NCBI GenBank assembly: GCA_944392145.1 | Contig: CALXVS010000003.1 | Coordinates: 7,594-71,593, forward strand | DNA: 64,000 nt | Direction of reading: 5' to 3' | Source of the DNA: an uncultured Alphaproteobacteria bacterium | Lineage (GTDB): Bacteria; Pseudomonadota; Alphaproteobacteria; CAAHEQ01; UBA3637 | Shown here: piece by piece, positions 60,801 through 64,000 of the stretch | Numbering within the stretch: the stretch's first letter is position 1 | How the letters are laid out: every line of letters starts with the position of its first letter | The notes under the pieces: generated by a model | The model's database searches: none | What the model was told of the DNA's origin: nothing | What the model saw: the letters and a program-made list of their open reading frames with translations, nothing else | Program-made: the position numbers and the translations under genes

Positions 60801-61048
60801 TTTTAATGACGGCCCTGACCTTTATTTTGGGTGTTATGCCGATGTTATTTGCCGATGGGGCCGGAGCTGCTTCCCAAATTTCCATGGGAACAAGTGTATT
60901 TTTCGGGATGCTGTTTGCTGTTTTGATCGGAGTTTTATTTACGCCGGCATTGTTCGCCTTTTTTGGTCAGATAATTTTGAAAGTTTATTCTGCTCCGTTT
61001 TCTCGCCCCCGGTCGGATACCTTGTCTGTTAAAAGGAGGAAAAAATGA
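57881..61048 (+). CDS. efflux RND transporter permease (AcrB/AcrD/AcrF family)
   Basis: 1055 aa, 12 TM with two large periplasmic loops, conserved RND blocks. The start overlaps the adaptor stop. Confidence 0.9.
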   Translation: MFSKFFIDNPRFSGVVAVVMILVGTLCLFILPVSQYPAVTPPQIIVSASYPGAGAASLVDTVAVPIENALNGVEGMLYMSSTADDTGTYQLTITFDIGTDADMAQVKVENRLQQVQALLPDIVIQEGLSVHTQSANILGFLVLESPDKTFDQLYLSNYAYENIQNPLERVSGVSDVTIYGPQYSMRIFMDPVRIASLGLTAQDVVTAIEDQNIQAALGAVGSAPAAARVDVVLNVTAKGLLKTVAAFEEIVLTTDENGGIIRLKDVARIELGADSYNVSARYDKLPSVIIALSQTIGSNALKTMDAVRSAAQGLQHSFPAGMQLRVVYDSTTFVRASIQNILGTLFLTFLLVVGVVFLFLQNIRATFIPALTIPVSLIATFAVIYVIGMDINLLTLFAMILAIGLVVDDAIIVVERVQYLMLRKKMDSYAAAVQAMKDISSSIVATTLVLLAIFIPVGLMAGMTGRIYEQFAVTISAAVVLSAINALTLSPALCALFLKQRRKPIREHRHKNPFDLFNTGLEKAQNAYLQGVGFLCRHPVVMVMFFLLVVGGIIGLFYKTPTSFLPAEDQGIVFADIQLPQTAGISQTQALLEKMETSVLKRKGIQYVIGIAGASLLGSGGENVATLAIGLKPWDERTEKGLSQAAILASLEKEYADNKTAEINFFALPAIPGVGNSDGLSFQLNALNTHLSADALSAALDRLLTLIRQSSDFETGFSTYMPPTPHVYLDVDREKLKVLGVNLSDLFSVLQDNLGSRYVNNITLGGQVNKVIIQADAMHRKNVSDIENLYVRSQNGQMMPIKEFVTVQTRMEPKVIYRYNQYLTAGVSAIVADGVSSGTAIEQVRSFASQLGRSFGISWTGLSLQEVETAGLVFILIALAFVFGYLFLVALYESWLIAFAVILSNVFAILGALIGLTLMQLPLSIYAQLGIVLLIGLASKNAILIVQFTLYYWRNGLDLVSAALRGASERFRAVLMTALTFILGVMPMLFADGAGAASQISMGTSVFFGMLFAVLIGVLFTPALFAFFGQIILKVYSAPFSRPRSDTLSVKRRKK

Positions 61049-61164
61049 AACAAATCATAATATTATTTGTGTTGATTTTGTGTGTTGGTCTGGTTTTCTT
61101 TTTTGTGCCATTCGCAGATGAATGGATACAAATGCCGCATTTGGTATCCGGTATCGGAAAGTAG
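61045..61164 (+). CDS. 39-aa single-TM mini-protein encoded between the RND pump and the outer membrane factor
   Basis: Strong RBS aaaaggagg 5 nt before an ATG that overlaps the pump stop (ATGA). Product MKQIIILFVLILCVGLVFFFVPFADEWIQMPHLVSGIGK. Not in the ORF track because it is under 60 aa. Confidence 0.4.
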   Translation: MKQIIILFVLILCVGLVFFFVPFADEWIQMPHLVSGIGK

Positions 61165-61170
61165 GGTTTT

Positions 61171-62625
61171 ATGTTTGCATATTTTCGGACAATTCGTCGG
61201 ATTATTTTACTTTTTATTTTGGGAATGCTTGCCTTATCTCTTGTTTTGACGGCTTGTACCGTTGGTCCCGATTATAAAAGACCTGCTTTTTTCAGTGACC
61301 GACAGGTTGAACAAGCACTTGATCTGAAACCGGACACGCCGCCGATTGTCATTACAGAATTGCCGGTATTTCAAGATAATACGTTCAAACAGCTGATTGA
61401 AACGGCACGCCGGCAAAGTCCGACAATTCGTCAAGCGCTTTTGCGGTTGAAACAAGCCCGTGAAAATTTAAAAATCACAACGGTTCAGGGGCTACCCCAA
61501 TTGGATGCGATCGGCCAATATAATTATGTTAAAGAAAGCCGAAACATGGGGTATTTAACCCGTCAGGATTATTATCAAGTTGGGTTGGATGCATCGTGGG
61601 AAATTGATATTTTCGGTCGGTTACGCCGGCAAAGTGAAGCTGCCGCCGCCCGTGCCGAAGGGATGATTGAAAATTTAAAAAATGTGTTTGTGTCCTTGGA
61701 CGCAGAGGTGGGCAATGCCTATGTGACCTTACGTATGAATGAAGAATTACATCGTGAAGCTCGGCGGAATTTAAAAATTCAAACGGATTTATGGCGTTTG
61801 GTTCAGGATAAATACGAAACCGGTCTTGCCGGTGACATTGATTTGAACCAGGCTGCTTTTTTGGTTCAAAATACGCAGGCAGCACTTCCCATGTACCAAC
61901 AAAACATGGATACGGCCAAAAGCCGATTAGCCTTACTGTTGGGGCAGTTACCCGATACCTTGGATGAATTACTTGCGGCGGAGAAAACAAATTTGGTGCG
62001 TTTAAGTCCGAACTATAATTGGAAAAAAATAACGGCGTTACCTGTCAGCATTTTAAGAAATCGTCCCGATGTGCGTATTCAAGAGCAGGCTCTTATTGCC
62101 CAAAATGCCGAAGTCGGGGCAGCCGTTGCCGAGTTGTTTCCTACAATTACACTGGAAGGATTATTGGGGTTTCAAGCCCTGTCCTATCCGCGGTTGTGGC
62201 AGCATGACAGCTATGGCTATTCTTATGTTCCGAAAGTCAATTTACCGTTATTCCACTTTGGTGCGATTCGGAACAATATCCGGTTGCAGGAAGAAATCAA
62301 GCAAGAATACTTAAGCCTGTATGAGCAAGCATTGCTGAATGCGGCTGCAGATGTATATCAGGCATTAAGTGCCCTTAAAAATGAACGCATGCGTAACCGT
62401 TTTGCACGGCAGGCTTATGAAAATGCAAAGGTTGCGGCAGAATTGATTCGGGAGAGGTATCAAAGCGGACTGATCCCTTATTCGGATGTACTGGATGCCG
62501 AGCAACGACGGTTAAATGCGCAAAATCAAATGATTGAATCAAATGCGACCCTGTATCAAAATATGCTTATTTTTTATAAAGCCGTCGGAGGCTCTTTCGG
62601 AACAAAAAACCCCCGCAAGAATTAA
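61171..62625 (+). CDS. efflux transporter outer membrane factor lipoprotein, NodT family (TolC-like)
   Basis: Lipobox LVLTAC followed by TVGPDYKRP (NodT signature). 484 aa with two OEP repeats. Confidence 0.85.
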   Translation: MFAYFRTIRRIILLFILGMLALSLVLTACTVGPDYKRPAFFSDRQVEQALDLKPDTPPIVITELPVFQDNTFKQLIETARRQSPTIRQALLRLKQARENLKITTVQGLPQLDAIGQYNYVKESRNMGYLTRQDYYQVGLDASWEIDIFGRLRRQSEAAAARAEGMIENLKNVFVSLDAEVGNAYVTLRMNEELHREARRNLKIQTDLWRLVQDKYETGLAGDIDLNQAAFLVQNTQAALPMYQQNMDTAKSRLALLLGQLPDTLDELLAAEKTNLVRLSPNYNWKKITALPVSILRNRPDVRIQEQALIAQNAEVGAAVAELFPTITLEGLLGFQALSYPRLWQHDSYGYSYVPKVNLPLFHFGAIRNNIRLQEEIKQEYLSLYEQALLNAAADVYQALSALKNERMRNRFARQAYENAKVAAELIRERYQSGLIPYSDVLDAEQRRLNAQNQMIESNATLYQNMLIFYKAVGGSFGTKNPRKN

Positions 62626-62693
62626 AATCTCTTCCCCCCCCCCCGGTCTATTAACCACGATGCATGATAAGAAGATATTTTTTTTATAACAAG

Positions 62694-63365
62694 CTATTTT
62701 TTAAGGCAATTTTCGCCATTCGTCCGTTCAGCCAGTTTGCAGGCAAACATTTGTTGTTTATTGCAATCAAACAGATGAGCTGATATTTCTTCCAAGTCTG
62801 GGATCAACCGCAGTGGATCACTGGTGTTTGTGACGATATACAATTCTGTTCCGTTGATGGGTTTATTTCCTTTGGTATAAGAAAGTGTCAACAAATAAGC
62901 ACTGACCGGTTCCTCATGGTTACGAGAAAAAATTTTGGCTTGTGTTTGTTCTTCTTTAAAGGAAAGTTTCCAAAAAGCCTTTTTGGGATCTTCAACAACC
63001 GTAAAACCGTCATGGATCAATTGGTTTTTGGCGACTTCAATAATTGAAGCAGGCAAGATTTGCTGCGGTTGAGCTGCGATATAAAGTGTGCGATCAAACT
63101 TTTCCGGTAATTTACATAGATTCATAGTAGAAATAAAATAGCGTGCAATCGGTGTTTTTTTAACGGCTGCGACAACAGCGGTCTGAACCAATGCGGGTGA
63201 TTCGGCTTCCGGATGAACGGCCAACCGTGCCATGACCGGCGTCGGTTCAATAAATGCCGGTGTGTTTGGCATTGGTTGTGGTGCCGGAATCGTGGATTGA
63301 GTGTGTTGTTGAGCACAGGCACCGGCCAATAAAGCAGCCGCGACCAAGTATGCAAATTTTTTCAT
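62694..63365 (-). CDS. hypothetical lipoprotein
   Basis: Internal Met start MKKFAYLVAAALLAGAC (lipobox) with an aaggag RBS. Pro-rich linker then an about 150-aa domain of unknown function. Confidence 0.5.
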   Translation of the reverse strand: MKKFAYLVAAALLAGACAQQHTQSTIPAPQPMPNTPAFIEPTPVMARLAVHPEAESPALVQTAVVAAVKKTPIARYFISTMNLCKLPEKFDRTLYIAAQPQQILPASIIEVAKNQLIHDGFTVVEDPKKAFWKLSFKEEQTQAKIFSRNHEEPVSAYLLTLSYTKGNKPINGTELYIVTNTSDPLRLIPDLEEISAHLFDCNKQQMFACKLAERTNGENCLKK

Positions 63366-63480
63366 CTTAAAACTCCTTGAAAAAAGAATGATGTCTTTAG
63401 CATAAAATGGTTTTTTGTGTTCGTCAACCTTTATTTTATACACAGGGTGGATTTTATGAAGATATGTTCCTGTATTTATC

Positions 63481-64000
63481 TTATTTTTTTGAAATGAAAG
63501 GAGAATCTTTTAAATAAAAACGCCATTTTTTGGCAGCATATTCGGCAGCATAATCTATGCCTATCCGCGGGGCAGCGACAAGATCCGATTGCGGAACATT
63601 TTGTATCTGCGGGGCAATCCAAATCTTGTCACCCGTTAAATCAGTGCCGTTTTGAGCGGTTGTGATAGCAAGTGCCTGGCACAGTTTACCGGGACCTGTG
63701 GTTAAATTTTTTAATTGTTCCGTGTGCCGCCGGATTTTCATTTCATTTATCCCAGCAATCGGTTCCAATGCACGGATTAAAATCGCATTCGGTTGATTTT
63801 CAGGACCGGTCGTAATACAAAACTGATGATGCATTCCATAAACAAAAAAGATATAGGCCAAGCCGCCGGCTTCCCACTGAACAGCCGTGCGCGGTGTTTT
63901 TTTGTATTGATAGGTGTGTGAGGCTTTGTCTTCTCCGCCCAAATAGACCTCTAATTCGGTAATTCGTCCGGCTGTCAGAACTCCTTGGATACAGGAACAT
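63481..64000 (-). CDS. mpg: DNA-3-methyladenine glycosylase (Mpg/AAG family); 5' end beyond the window
   Basis: Conserved blocks TAGRITELEVYLGGEDKASH (continues in frame past 63942 to the window edge), AYIFFVYGMHHQFCITTGPE, LIRALEPI, LTTGPGKLCQALAIT. The ORF-track start at 63942 is a TTG inside the gene. Confidence 0.8.
   Translation of the reverse strand, partial: CSCIQGVLTAGRITELEVYLGGEDKASHTYQYKKTPRTAVQWEAGGLAYIFFVYGMHHQFCITTGPENQPNAILIRALEPIAGINEMKIRRHTEQLKNLTTGPGKLCQALAITTAQNGTDLTGDKIWIAPQIQNVPQSDLVAAPRIGIDYAAEYAAKKWRFYLKDSPFISKK

Overview
The window is a 64-kb chromosomal segment from an alphaproteobacterium (Rhizobiales/Rickettsiales-like proteins; AT-rich intergenic regions). It is densely coding and mostly housekeeping: cell envelope, cell division, translation and secretion. 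Gene order: AI-2E transporter (5' truncated), hdaA, ftsK, lolA, a secreted ankyrin protein, an atypical OmpR-like regulator on the minus strand, a lipid-A block (waaA, lpxK, lpxL-like), tRNA-Thr, comM plus a lipoprotein, a tri-domain LplT/PlsC/Aas fusion, and ndk. A complete dcw cell-wall/division cluster follows: rsmH, ftsL, ftsI, a fused murE-murF, mraY, ftsW, murG, murC, murB, ddl, ftsQ, ftsA and ftsZ. This cluster lacks mraZ and murD. Next are rsmB, accA, an orphan YejA-like solute-binding protein, a secreted Sel1-repeat protein, rpsT, dxs, ffh with the rpsP-rimM-trmD-rplS operon, a PH-domain protein, an outer membrane beta-barrel protein, rluD, secA, galE, sodB, tRNA-Leu, an OmpR/EnvZ-like two-component pair, an RND efflux operon (adaptor, pump, small TM ORF, NodT-family outer membrane factor), a lipoprotein, and a 3-methyladenine glycosylase (5' end off-window). 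The most unusual element is a 746-756 aa minus-strand protein (43914..46184). It has a type IV pilin/pseudopilin-like N-terminal helix, a long cytoplasmic-looking N-terminal extension, and a C-terminal half built of tandem cysteine-rich modules of about 50 aa. It sits between strong terminators, with paired palindromic sites in its upstream region. Other points of interest are the MurE-MurF fusion, long G/C homopolymer tracts inside the ankyrin and lolA genes and in two intergenic regions, a candidate sRNA locus in an 85% AT intergenic region, and a 39-aa TM mini-ORF inside the efflux operon. No CRISPR arrays, rRNA genes, transposases or integrases were seen.
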